64,000 nucleotides of DNA, from positions 52,060 through 116,059 of the forward strand of contig CAYQEE010000005.1 in assembly GCA_964416445.1 (NCBI GenBank), given 5' to 3'. The stretch is from an uncultured Gammaproteobacteria bacterium. Its GTDB lineage: Bacteria > Patescibacteriota > Microgenomatia > Levybacterales > UBA12049. Below are positions 50,850-59,757 of this stretch, piece by piece (the stretch's first letter is position 1; every line of letters starts with the position of its first letter). Under the pieces are notes generated by a model that searched no databases, had not been told where the DNA came from, and saw only the letters and a program-made list of their open reading frames with translations. The position numbers and the translations under genes were made by a program.

Positions 50850-50922
50850 GGGCCAGTAGTTCAGCGGCTAGAACATCTATCTTATACATAGAATGTCGAA
50901 GGTTCGAGTCCTCCCTGGCCCA
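50850..50922 (+). tRNA. tRNA-Ile with anticodon UAU (reads AUA)
   Basis: Acceptor GGGCCAG/CTGGCCC-A. D-stem gttc/gaac. Anticodon stem tctat/ataga with loop cTTATAc (U33, A37). T-loop TTCGAGT. 73 nt. A TACAAT -10-like box lies upstream. Confidence 0.8.
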
Positions 50923-50988
50923 CATGTCAAATTATTTTATTGCAATTATTGAGAAATATATCTGCTCATTTTGTTATACTAATTACCA

Positions 50989-51360
50989 ATGATCACTGAT
51001 ATTTCCTCTGTTATTATCTGGTCAGAAGATTATAAAAAACTTGCAGCATGGTATAAAGAGAAGCTTGCATTACCAATGGGAATGGAATTAACTCATCCGC
51101 AAGATACAGCAATACAGTTTCAAGTTGGAAAAACACGATTATGGATTGGGCAACATTCACAAGTAAAAGGGAAAAACAGAGATAGTCATCGTATTATGAT
51201 TAATTTTGTTGTTGATTCAGTAAGTAAAACGTACCAGTCTTTATCCCAAAAAGGTGTTGTATTCGTAGCGACACCGTTTAAAGCACCAACGCTTGAGAAG
51301 TATTTTGCAACTTTTTATGATTTAGATAAGAATATTTTGCAGATTGTCGGGGGAGAATAG
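50989..51360 (+). CDS. Glyoxalase/bleomycin-resistance (VOC) family protein
   Basis: 123 aa. The N-terminal VIIWSEDYKKLAAWYKEKL and overall size fit VOC-fold proteins. Weak motif evidence. Confidence 0.45.
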   Translation: MITDISSVIIWSEDYKKLAAWYKEKLALPMGMELTHPQDTAIQFQVGKTRLWIGQHSQVKGKNRDSHRIMINFVVDSVSKTYQSLSQKGVVFVATPFKAPTLEKYFATFYDLDKNILQIVGGE

Positions 51361-51574
51361 AAGAATGATCATGAATGAAGAAATGCACGATAAGAAAGGC
51401 TTACAACAAAATGCAAAATCTGTACGTTTCTATTCATGGCTTGAAATGATATCAATTGGTCTTGGAGTTTTAGGGATTGGTCTGCTTATTGCAATTCTTG
51501 GCTATGTGCTGGTAACATTCCGCACGAGTCCTTCGTCCTCAGTAACGCATCCTTCGCCAACTATACAGAGATAA
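51344..51574 (+). CDS. Small membrane protein
   Basis: 76-aa ORF with one TM (ISIGLGVLGIGLLIAILGYVLV). Confidence 0.3.
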   Translation: MSGENRRMIMNEEMHDKKGLQQNAKSVRFYSWLEMISIGLGVLGIGLLIAILGYVLVTFRTSPSSSVTHPSPTIQR

Positions 51575-51621
51575 TCATATTATCCGTTTGTTACTGCACT
51601 AAAATTCGCTATAATAACCAA

Positions 51622-52308
51622 ATGAGTAAATTAGTGTCTGAACGCTCGTATCGACATATCGATACAATCACAGGGCTTTTTGTTGCTGTTCTCCTTATTG
51701 CAAATATTATATCAAGTAAAATTATTCATATTGGTATTTTCCCCTTTACCGGAGGAATTGTTATTTTCCCACTGAGTTATATCTTTGGTGATATTCTTAC
51801 TGAAGTATATGGGTATAAAAGATCAAGAAAAGTAATTTGGCTTGGTTTTGCATGCAATATTCTTATGGCAATTGTTCTCATTATTGTCGGTGTGTTACCA
51901 TCTGCTCCTCAATGGCATGATCAAACTTCCTACGAAAGGATTCTTGGGCAAACTCCTCGAATTGTTCTCGCTTCTCTTCTTGGATATTTTGCAGGTGAAT
52001 TTAGTAATTCTTTTGTTTTGGCAAAAATGAAAATAATGACGAATGGAAAATGGCTATGGAGTAGAACGATAGGATCAACAATTATTGGAGAACTTCTTGA
52101 TACGATAATTTTTATTTGTGTTGCTTTCTGGGGAATACTTCCTCTAAGTTTGTTAGTGATGGTAATTGTGTCAAATTATATTGTAAAGACACTCATTGAA
52201 GTTATTCTTACTCCTATTACGTATGCAATTGTTTATTGGTTGAAGAAAATTGAACAAGAAGATTACTTTGATACAAATACAGATTTCAATCCTTTTCTTT
52301 TGAAATAA
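51622..52308 (+). CDS. yhhQ: Queuosine-precursor transporter, YhhQ/VUT family
   Basis: FPFTGGIVIFPLSYIFGDILTEVYGYKRSRKVIW is the hallmark of PF02592 (YhhQ/QueT-like preQ0/preQ1 salvage transporters). 6 TMs. Confidence 0.8.
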   Translation: MSKLVSERSYRHIDTITGLFVAVLLIANIISSKIIHIGIFPFTGGIVIFPLSYIFGDILTEVYGYKRSRKVIWLGFACNILMAIVLIIVGVLPSAPQWHDQTSYERILGQTPRIVLASLLGYFAGEFSNSFVLAKMKIMTNGKWLWSRTIGSTIIGELLDTIIFICVAFWGILPLSLLVMVIVSNYIVKTLIEVILTPITYAIVYWLKKIEQEDYFDTNTDFNPFLLK

Positions 52309-52717
52309 GGTAAGTGTTATGATTTTTATCCCAATGATATTTCGCATCTATGGCAATACCGCCACGAACATTAAAGTGAACAGTAACATCAACTGCTAAG
52401 GGTTTTACAAACGTTATAAAATCTTGTGCTATATCAATAGCGAGATGCTCATGAAAGACTCCTTCATTCCGATAGGTTTCTAAGTATAATTTGAATGATT
52501 TTGATTCAACAATGTAGCCGTCAGGAACATAAATGATATCTATTGTTGCATAATCTGGTTGTTTTGTCATAGGACAGAGGCACGTAAACTCTTTACAGAA
52601 AAGGGTAACGGTGAGGCTCCCAGGTGCATGGTTTGGAAATACCTCAAGTGTCCGTGAAGGAATTGCTGGCTTTCCTAATTTTTTTAATGTTTCTAAGTCC
52701 TTTTTTGTTGTTGGCAT
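52286..52717 (-). CDS. queF: NADPH-dependent 7-cyano-7-deazaguanine reductase (type I QueF)
   Basis: EFTCLCPMTKQPDYATIDIIYVPDGYIVESKSFKLYLETYRNEGVFHEH matches the QueF catalytic Cys and the E(S/L)K(S/A)hK(L/Y)(Y/F/W) motif. The start was taken at MPTTKK. Confidence 0.8.
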   Translation of the reverse strand: MPTTKKDLETLKKLGKPAIPSRTLEVFPNHAPGSLTVTLFCKEFTCLCPMTKQPDYATIDIIYVPDGYIVESKSFKLYLETYRNEGVFHEHLAIDIAQDFITFVKPLAVDVTVHFNVRGGIAIDAKYHWDKNHNTYLISKEKD

Positions 52718-52826
52718 TGTGGTATTATACCATAGGAATATGCATGTACTGGATTGCATACTAATGACTTGTCATTTCTTTACAATCCCAAAAAATTGAT
52801 TTATACTGCGATTCACAGAAGATAAT

Positions 52827-53549
52827 TTGCTAAGAATATCTATGGATAAACGAATTATACTTGGAATTGGGGCTCATCCTGATGATATTGATTTTACGGC
52901 AGCAGGTTCAATAGCAAAATGGGTGAAGGAAGGTGCAAAAGCATATTATCTTATTGCCACTGATGGAAGTAGAGGCTCTGAGGATCCTCATATGACTCAC
53001 GAAGCACTCATTTCTCTCCGCAGGAAAGAACAAGAAGACGCTGCAAAGATTATCGGAGTGAGCGATATCTTCTTTTTATCGCATACAGATACGCAGCTAG
53101 AAGCAAATGCGGTGCTACAAGAAGAAATCGTGCGGTATATTCGCAAACTAAAACCAACCACTGTCATAACAATGAATCCCACATTCTTTTTTAAAGCAGA
53201 TCGAGAACCTGGATTTATTAACCACACTGATCATCGTGCCATAGGTCTTGCAACAATGGATTCAGTATTTCCCTTAGCTCGTGATCGGTTAACTTTCCAT
53301 CACCATGAAAAAGAAGGACTTAAACCACATAAAGTAAAAGAATTACTTTTTATGAACTTAGATAAACCGGAATATGTTGTTGATATTACTCCAACCTTTG
53401 CTATAAAAATCGCTGCCTTAAAAGCGCATGCAAGCCAATTTCCTGATTTTGTTTTAGTAAAAAAAAGGATTGCGGAGCGTGCCCAATTTTATGGGAAAAC
53501 GAAAGGCTTTACTTATGGAGAAAATTTTACTCGTATTATCTTAGCTTGA
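52827..53549 (+). CDS. PIG-L/LmbE-family N-acetylglucosaminyl deacetylase
   Basis: ILGIGAHPDDIDFTAAGSIAKW..ATDGSRG..HTDHRAIG is the LmbE-like zinc-binding pattern (HPDDE…HxDH). Confidence 0.75.
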   Translation: MLRISMDKRIILGIGAHPDDIDFTAAGSIAKWVKEGAKAYYLIATDGSRGSEDPHMTHEALISLRRKEQEDAAKIIGVSDIFFLSHTDTQLEANAVLQEEIVRYIRKLKPTTVITMNPTFFFKADREPGFINHTDHRAIGLATMDSVFPLARDRLTFHHHEKEGLKPHKVKELLFMNLDKPEYVVDITPTFAIKIAALKAHASQFPDFVLVKKRIAERAQFYGKTKGFTYGENFTRIILA

Positions 53550-53551
53550 AC

Positions 53552-54412
53552 TTATAGTTCTGTAAGATGGGTTGTTTCTTTTCCTCGTTCTTTTACGTAT
53601 TCTAAGTATCGTTCTGTTGTAGAAAGTCGTTTATGGCCGACTACTTTAGAGAGTAAAATGAGAGATACCCCATGTTTTAAATGATGAGCAATAAAGGTAT
53701 GGCGAAGATCGTTTACTTTGGCATTTTTAATTTCTGCTAACCGGAAATAACGTTCTACTGCAGTTCGAATATTTCGAATAAGGAATGGTCTTCCTGATTT
53801 TGTGACAAAAACATGATCATCTTGTACTTGTGGACGAATTTTAAGATATCGTTCCAATGCTTCCTTTGCTGATGCATTGAGAGGGACGATTCTTTCTTCA
53901 TGTTTTTCCATTGGACGAATTCGAATTCCTTCAGGAAGAAGGTCGTCTAATCGAAGTTCAGCTAATTCTCCAATACGAATGCCTGTTTGAAGCAATAATT
54001 GAATAACGGCATACATACGGGCATCTTTGCGACTTGCATCTCGAAGTGCTCGATATTCTGTTGGAGTAAGGATTCTCGGTGCTCCTAGTTGATATTGTGG
54101 ATGAGAAATAAGTAACGATGGATCGTCGGTAACGAATTCATTTACCTTTAAGAAGCGATAGAAGGTACGAGTAGAGTTGATTTTTCGGGATATTGATTTT
54201 GGTGTATAACCATCTTTTGTCATTTTTGCTAAAAATGATTCGATATCATCTTTGGTGATATCATGGACATTTTCTTTTCGAAGTTCTTCAAGGAAATTGA
54301 TGAGTTGGGCAATATCTTTCCCGTATGCTACAATGGTTGCATTCGAGCGACTTTTTGTTTTTAAATAGTTTTTAAACTGCTCGTGGGCATCTCTGAGCTT
54401 AACTGTGTTCAT
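53552..54412 (-). CDS. Tyrosine recombinase (XerC/XerD-like or integrase)
   Basis: N-terminal SAM-like domain (YLKTKSRSNATIVAYGKDI). Catalytic residues R..HxxR..Y (GIRIGELAEL…LRHTFIAHHL…LGHKRLSTTERYLEY). 286 aa. Confidence 0.85.
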   Translation of the reverse strand: MNTVKLRDAHEQFKNYLKTKSRSNATIVAYGKDIAQLINFLEELRKENVHDITKDDIESFLAKMTKDGYTPKSISRKINSTRTFYRFLKVNEFVTDDPSLLISHPQYQLGAPRILTPTEYRALRDASRKDARMYAVIQLLLQTGIRIGELAELRLDDLLPEGIRIRPMEKHEERIVPLNASAKEALERYLKIRPQVQDDHVFVTKSGRPFLIRNIRTAVERYFRLAEIKNAKVNDLRHTFIAHHLKHGVSLILLSKVVGHKRLSTTERYLEYVKERGKETTHLTEL

Positions 54413-54454
54413 AAACTGTGATCCTATAATACCACAAATTGAGGGTAAGAGTCA

Positions 54455-54796
54455 ATGAAAAGAATTATTTTCGCATTTATCATCCTTTTTGCCTTAGCTT
54501 CTATTGTAAGCTCAGTAAGTTCAATCTACCAACTTCTCCATAAACGAGATCTCCTAATAGCTGCTCAGCAAGCCTTGGAGAGAGTACAGAAACAGAATGT
54601 TGGACTTAAAAATAGGCTCAAAATTGTGTCTGGACCAGGCTTTATTGAAGAAGAAGCTCGGAATAAGCTCTACTTTGTAAAACCTGGGGAAAGTACTGTA
54701 TATATCGCGAAAAACCTTGTTGTCCCGAAGATTGTGAAAGTACAAAAACCCCAAGAAAAAACCAATTGGCAGCAATGGATAGACCTCTTTTTATAG
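54455..54796 (+). CDS. Septum formation initiator family protein (FtsB/DivIC-like)
   Basis: N-terminal TM, a coiled-coil (QNVGLKNRLK), and the conserved motif EEEARNKLYFVKPGESTVYI. Confidence 0.65.
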   Translation: MKRIIFAFIILFALASIVSSVSSIYQLLHKRDLLIAAQQALERVQKQNVGLKNRLKIVSGPGFIEEEARNKLYFVKPGESTVYIAKNLVVPKIVKVQKPQEKTNWQQWIDLFL

Positions 54797-54826
54797 TAAA
54801 AATGTCAGATATTTTAGTGGAAAAAG

Positions 54827-55444
54827 CTATTTTTGCAGGAGTTTTTGGTAATAGGCATCCTGATAAGGAAAATAGGAAAAGGTATTTTGAGTTGTACCCA
54901 AATAGCCTAGATAATGGTTGGCAACAAAGACATAATTTTCTGCATTCCACATCTGCATATCGGTATCGGTGCCAAGCGTGACTCGTTGACGGTCAAGGGT
55001 ATAGGCGTGCGAATTATCATAAAAATTGATGGTACATGGCTTTTTACAAAGGTTTTTCTTTAAATAGAGGGCAGTTTTCTGCAGGGTAGATTGTGAAGTG
55101 TCAGCGGAGGTATAAAGGTAATAATAGTTCTCTAATTGTTGGAATTCTTCGTGCTCTAATTGACGAAACTGCTCATTTTTGTTGGGTAACGTGTTTGGGT
55201 ATGCTGATGCAATCTGTTCATCCTGAACAAGCATATCATTTGGTTGAGGGAGAATATGTTGATGAATAAACACAAGCAGAAACCCATAAAAGATGCCCGT
55301 CATGAGCGAAAAAATAAGTCGAGAGAGGTTACTTCTGGGAGGGAGTTGTAAATACGCATTCAGCTGTTTTTTGTGCTTATAACTATAATAGATGCCAAAT
55401 TGAAGAACCGTAAGCATACAAATTGTTAAAAGTACGTATAGCAT
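54827..55444 (-). CDS. Membrane-anchored hypothetical protein
   Basis: 205 aa, two N-terminal TMs, and a Tyr-rich C-terminal domain. Confidence 0.35.
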   Translation of the reverse strand: MLYVLLTICMLTVLQFGIYYSYKHKKQLNAYLQLPPRSNLSRLIFSLMTGIFYGFLLVFIHQHILPQPNDMLVQDEQIASAYPNTLPNKNEQFRQLEHEEFQQLENYYYLYTSADTSQSTLQKTALYLKKNLCKKPCTINFYDNSHAYTLDRQRVTLGTDTDMQMWNAENYVFVANHYLGYLGTTQNTFSYFPYQDAYYQKLLQK

Positions 55445-55464
55445 AGAATTTATTATATTGTTAA

Positions 55465-57573
55465 TTATCCTTCAGGTACAATTTCTGAAATTTGAATATA
55501 CTCCTTTCCATTAGCATCGACTGCCTTTACCCCTTTTACCTGAGCAAACCCCTCTTTTAGTGTTGTTCCTTGATATATTCCAAGCAAATGGTCATTATCA
55601 TCGATAAGTGTTACTTGCATAGAATTGTTTGTTTGATCAACGACACCCGGCTTTATATAACATTCTTTATCGAAACTTGTATCGGTATTTACCGCAGGGA
55701 CTGTCGCTGACTGTCTTCGAGTTTGCTGTGCTTGATCTATTGGAGATGATTGTGGAGTTTCTTTTTTCCCTTTCCCAAATACTTTTTGAAATAATTTACT
55801 TCGAATAATGCCAAAGATAATTACTAAGCAAAAGATAATAAATATAAGCAGATCAAGTATTTTACTTAATCCAACAGCATTATTACTCATTGCTGCAATA
55901 AATGTTTTATAGAGAGGTTGTTGACTCTGGGAAGGAGTTGGTGATAACTGTTTTTGGACTATCTTTGTTGGAGAAGGTGGTGTTGTTGGTGTGACAACAA
56001 GAACATTTGTTGGGGAAATTGTTGGGACTGTTGTAGATATGGTTGTTGGAGTGGGTACTGATGTCGGAGTTGGAGTAGCAGAAGGTGTTGCTGTAGGTGT
56101 AGGTGTAGGTGTAGGAAGGATATTATTGATAGTATCGTATTGCTTGAGGCCAATGAGGAATAAGTTGTAATCAATACCATCTATGCTCCCATTGTCATTT
56201 AAATCAGCTCCACTTTTATTGGTACATGATGATGAAGTAATTTTACTTCCAAAACAATTAATGATGTCATTATAGTCATTAACATTAATAACATCGTCAC
56301 CATTTGGTGTGGGGTTAATATCCCCAGGGATAAGATTGAGTGGAGGAAGCTGTGTTGGTTGGCCATTGGAAAGAGTAAATATTGAAGTATTATCCATAGG
56401 ATTAATTGCTTCTTGACGTAAATATTGGTTGAGCTTCACAACAAACTGATATTGTCCTGCAGGAACATTTCCTAAATTAAAGTTTGGATTGACAAAGTTT
56501 CTTGAAACAGGATCGTACGTTACCATATCCGTTGCAACTGAAACTGCTGAAACAGATGCGCTAAACGGATTATCAGTTGGCTGATACATTGCAATACTTG
56601 CCGAACGTGTTGGATGAAGTGGCTGTGGGTTTCCACCGTCGCTAATTCCAGGCAAAACAAGAGAAAGGCTAATAGTAAGAATACTTGGATTTTGAGCACT
56701 TACTGATGTGGTTATTGTTGGTGTTGGTATCGTATTACTCGGTGTTGGTGAAAGAGTTTGGGTAACTTTAGGTGAAGGATTACCTAAGGTTTGTGTAGAA
56801 GAAATGTTACTTGCAAGGAGTGAACTTGTGGGAGTTGAAATAGTCGTTGGGGTTGCTGTGGTGGAGTTAACAGTTGGTGCCTGTGTCTTTACTGTTGGGG
56901 TAGGCGTTGGTTTTTGTATTGTTGGGATTGGTGTTGCTGTTGGATTTTGATGAATAATAATTGAGCTTACTTGGGGAGTTGTTGGGCTCGGAAAGGACCT
57001 TGCTTGGGTTGGTATTGTGGTTGGAACTAACGTAGGTACTGTAGTAGGTACTGAAGTTGGTATTGCTGTCGGAATTGCCGTGGGTACATTTGTAGGAGTT
57101 GGTGTAGGGGTTGGTTTGGGAGATGGAGTAGGGGTTGGGAGAGGTGTTGGTGTTGGTGTTGGTGTTGGTGTTGGTGTTGGTGTTGGTGTTGGAGAAGGGT
57201 TTGCTGAACAAATATTTGCGATATAAAAAGGAGAACTTTGTAAAAGTCTGCCATCTGTTTGATGATTACCTGGCATAACAGAGGTCACATCAGTACCACA
57301 TTGATGCCCCATATGCAGATTGGATCGGGAGGCACCTGGAGGAAGATACACCTGATTGTTCCAAATATAGAGACATCGACTATCAGCCTTTACTTGTGCA
57401 GTAGTCATACAGGTACTACTTGCCGCAACATAAAAATGGAATACGTATGCTATTGCAATGTTGACAAAAAACAAAAGTAAAAGAATATGAAATCCATATT
57501 CTAAAACAAAGGACGTGTAAAGTGCTTGTTTTCGTTTCGTTTTTTTCATATTATGATTTTGCATGGAATCCAA
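55465..57573 (-). CDS. Surface protein with PT-repeat linkers, a Cys/His-containing N-terminal module and a dockerin-type double Ca-binding repeat
   Basis: Signal-anchor, then a C..H..C..H..C module, then (PT)n. A long T/P/S-rich region follows. Then [22 protein letters not shown] and [20 protein letters not shown]. The second repeat strongly matches the dockerin type I consensus DxNxDGxIDxxDyxll. Then another TPTPT linker and a C-terminal TM. Confidence 0.6.
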   Translation of the reverse strand: MDSMQNHNMKKTKRKQALYTSFVLEYGFHILLLLFFVNIAIAYVFHFYVAASSTCMTTAQVKADSRCLYIWNNQVYLPPGASRSNLHMGHQCGTDVTSVMPGNHQTDGRLLQSSPFYIANICSANPSPTPTPTPTPTPTPTPTPLPTPTPSPKPTPTPTPTNVPTAIPTAIPTSVPTTVPTLVPTTIPTQARSFPSPTTPQVSSIIIHQNPTATPIPTIQKPTPTPTVKTQAPTVNSTTATPTTISTPTSSLLASNISSTQTLGNPSPKVTQTLSPTPSNTIPTPTITTSVSAQNPSILTISLSLVLPGISDGGNPQPLHPTRSASIAMYQPTDNPFSASVSAVSVATDMVTYDPVSRNFVNPNFNLGNVPAGQYQFVVKLNQYLRQEAINPMDNTSIFTLSNGQPTQLPPLNLIPGDINPTPNGDDVINVNDYNDIINCFGSKITSSSCTNKSGADLNDNGSIDGIDYNLFLIGLKQYDTINNILPTPTPTPTATPSATPTPTSVPTPTTISTTVPTISPTNVLVVTPTTPPSPTKIVQKQLSPTPSQSQQPLYKTFIAAMSNNAVGLSKILDLLIFIIFCLVIIFGIIRSKLFQKVFGKGKKETPQSSPIDQAQQTRRQSATVPAVNTDTSFDKECYIKPGVVDQTNNSMQVTLIDDNDHLLGIYQGTTLKEGFAQVKGVKAVDANGKEYIQISEIVPEG
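57144..57192. repeat. Hexanucleotide microsatellite (GTGTTG)x8 encoding (PT)n on the minus strand
   Basis: Perfect tandem array. Flanked by degenerate GTnGGn repeats (57017-57140). A second short array (GTGTAG)x4 sits near 56093-56115. Confidence 0.9.
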
Positions 57574-57636
57574 TAAAAATAATAATAAAAAAGATTATCC
57601 AAAAAACGATAATTGAATAAAAAACAAGTTTTTTAA

Positions 57637-58938
57637 TCATAGAATTGAAAATTCTTCTGTGTGAATATTCTTTTTCGGAACATGCAGAAGAAGTAATTGT
57701 TTTTTGAGACTTTGCATCATAGGTGGAGGGCCACAAATAAAAATATCTTTTCCAGATAACTCACCACTTATTTTTTGAATGCTTTCAGCAGTCAATCTCC
57801 CTTGACTTTTTGAGAAGCAAGGAGTAATTCTGAAATTAGTATGCGTCGTTGCTATTTGTTGTAATTCTTGAAGGTAAACAGCTTCAGCTTCTGATCGTAC
57901 CGAATAAAAACAATCAATATGGAAGTCATCACCAAGTGTTTTTGCCATACTCAAAAAAGGGGTTATTCCAATTCCTCCGGCAATCCAAATTTGCTTTTTT
58001 CCATGAGAATGTTGATAGGAAAATCTACCAAACGCTCCTTCAAGAGATGCTTTCATACCGGGTTTGAGATTTTTTAGTTTTGAGGTAAAGTCACCTTCAG
58101 CTTTTACGGATATTTGTAGTTGGTTTTGTGTATTTGCAGAGCTGACCGAAAACGGATGTGTCTCATTTGTTATTCCTTCACCATGAAAGCTAAGAAAAAC
58201 AAATTGCCCAGGCGTAAATTTCATTTGCTTATTTTCAGGTGTAAGAGTGATTTCAATAACGTTATCTTGAAGAGGTTTTACATCTGAAACGGCGTAATGA
58301 TATTGAGGAATTAAAAACCTTCCAAAAACTGTTTTATATAAAAATGCACCCAAGCCTATACTGAAAATAAGTAACATATAATTTCTCATTAAAGGGTAAG
58401 AAGAAATATCACTCGTTACGAAAAAACCATGAATTGTAGCAAGGAAAAAAACTAGTCCTAAAAACTTATGAGTAAATCTCCAAAATTCATAGGGAAGCGA
58501 GACAAAAAAAGTAAGAATCATGAGAGCCATAAAAAAGAGAAATGCAGCAATGCCTAAGTTTATTGTCCAATCAACTCCAGGTAACATATAAACAGATGCG
58601 GCTTTCCATGAATACGTCGCAACATCAAATGTGAGGAGAAGAGGATGAATAAGTAAAACAATGAGTGCAGTTCCACCAAGAATATGATGCGCTATGTATA
58701 CACGATTCATTCCTCCAAAATAATCTTCAAAAAGCTTTAATCGGACACTCAGTATAAGATTTAGACAAAACATTGTTGCGCCAACAAGGCCAAAAATTTC
58801 TCCAAGACTCCGAAATATGTTATAGTTAGTCGCAAAACGTAAACTTAGTGGTTGTACGGCTAACATCCATGGAAGAAGTGGTGATAAAGATAAGCAAATC
58901 AACATAGGCCATCCTAATTGATATTTTTTAAGAAGCAT
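57637..58938 (-). CDS. NOX/ferric-reductase-family flavocytochrome (6-TM heme domain + FAD/NAD(P)H dehydrogenase domain)
   Basis: N-terminal 6 TMs with spaced His (HHILGG…HPLLLT; ATIHGFF). The C-terminal domain carries HPFSVSS (FAD-binding, cf. HPFT) and IWIAGGIGITPFLSM (NAD(P)H-binding). 433 aa, the size of SpNOX-type bacterial NOX. Confidence 0.7.
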   Translation of the reverse strand: MLLKKYQLGWPMLICLSLSPLLPWMLAVQPLSLRFATNYNIFRSLGEIFGLVGATMFCLNLILSVRLKLFEDYFGGMNRVYIAHHILGGTALIVLLIHPLLLTFDVATYSWKAASVYMLPGVDWTINLGIAAFLFFMALMILTFFVSLPYEFWRFTHKFLGLVFFLATIHGFFVTSDISSYPLMRNYMLLIFSIGLGAFLYKTVFGRFLIPQYHYAVSDVKPLQDNVIEITLTPENKQMKFTPGQFVFLSFHGEGITNETHPFSVSSANTQNQLQISVKAEGDFTSKLKNLKPGMKASLEGAFGRFSYQHSHGKKQIWIAGGIGITPFLSMAKTLGDDFHIDCFYSVRSEAEAVYLQELQQIATTHTNFRITPCFSKSQGRLTAESIQKISGELSGKDIFICGPPPMMQSLKKQLLLLHVPKKNIHTEEFSIL

Positions 58939-59013
58939 ATACTTATTGTAGTAAAAAAAGGGAGAGGCAGCTATAGACAGAAAAAACGAAGCGTACTATA
59001 CTAGGCAAATTCT

Positions 59014-59712
59014 ATGAAGGGAAAAACAAAAAGCAAGATACTTCTTAAAGAATTACCCGTTAACGATCGTCCACGAGAAAAATTATTCCGTAAAGGTTCT
59101 GAAAATCTTACCGATTCAGAATTACTTGCGATCATTTTAGGAACAGGGGCAATGAAAAAAGATGCATTGCAACTTTCTGAAATATTTTTACAAAAATTTC
59201 CTTTATCGAAGCTTGCTCAAATAACTTGTGAGCAAGTACCTCACATTTATGGAATTGGGAAAGGAAAACGTGCAAGAATTTTTGCAATGCTTGAATTAGG
59301 AAAAAGAATGTATGCTGCACCGTCTTTATTGAAGACAACGTTAAAATCACAAAAAGAAATAATACAGGAATGTAAAGATATAGCTAATAAGAAACAAGAA
59401 TATTTGCTTGCGTTGTATCTTAATGCGCGGAAAGAATTAATTCAAAAGGAAATTATTGCTATTGGAAATGTGAATACAATGGGAATAGAACCAAAAGAAA
59501 TTTTTATTCCTGCAATAGTTACTCCTTGTTCAGAAATTATCTTGGCTCATAATCATCCTTCTGGCAATGTCATGCCTTCAACTGATGATATTTATTTTAC
59601 CAAAAGAGTTCAAGAAGCAGGAAATGTTATGGGGATTCAATTACAGGATCATATTATCGTGGCAGCAGCGCATTATTATTCTTTTCGGGATAATAAAATG
59701 TATTCGCCATAA
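59014..59712 (+). CDS. radC: RadC-like JAB/MPN-domain protein
   Basis: N-terminal HhH (SELLAIILGTG). C-terminal JAMM motif ILAHNHPSGNVMPSTDD. Confidence 0.85.
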   Translation: MKGKTKSKILLKELPVNDRPREKLFRKGSENLTDSELLAIILGTGAMKKDALQLSEIFLQKFPLSKLAQITCEQVPHIYGIGKGKRARIFAMLELGKRMYAAPSLLKTTLKSQKEIIQECKDIANKKQEYLLALYLNARKELIQKEIIAIGNVNTMGIEPKEIFIPAIVTPCSEIILAHNHPSGNVMPSTDDIYFTKRVQEAGNVMGIQLQDHIIVAAAHYYSFRDNKMYSP

Positions 59713-59757
59713 TTGAAAGCTTAGTGATGAGGTATGAGAAGAAGAAGAAAGCTATGT

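Noticed and set aside
56708-57254. Plus-strand ORFs encoding VGVGVGVG... and a minus-strand alternative frame encoding HQHQHQ...
   Set aside because: These are other frames of the PT-repeat microsatellite region inside the large surface-protein gene. They are low-complexity artefacts.
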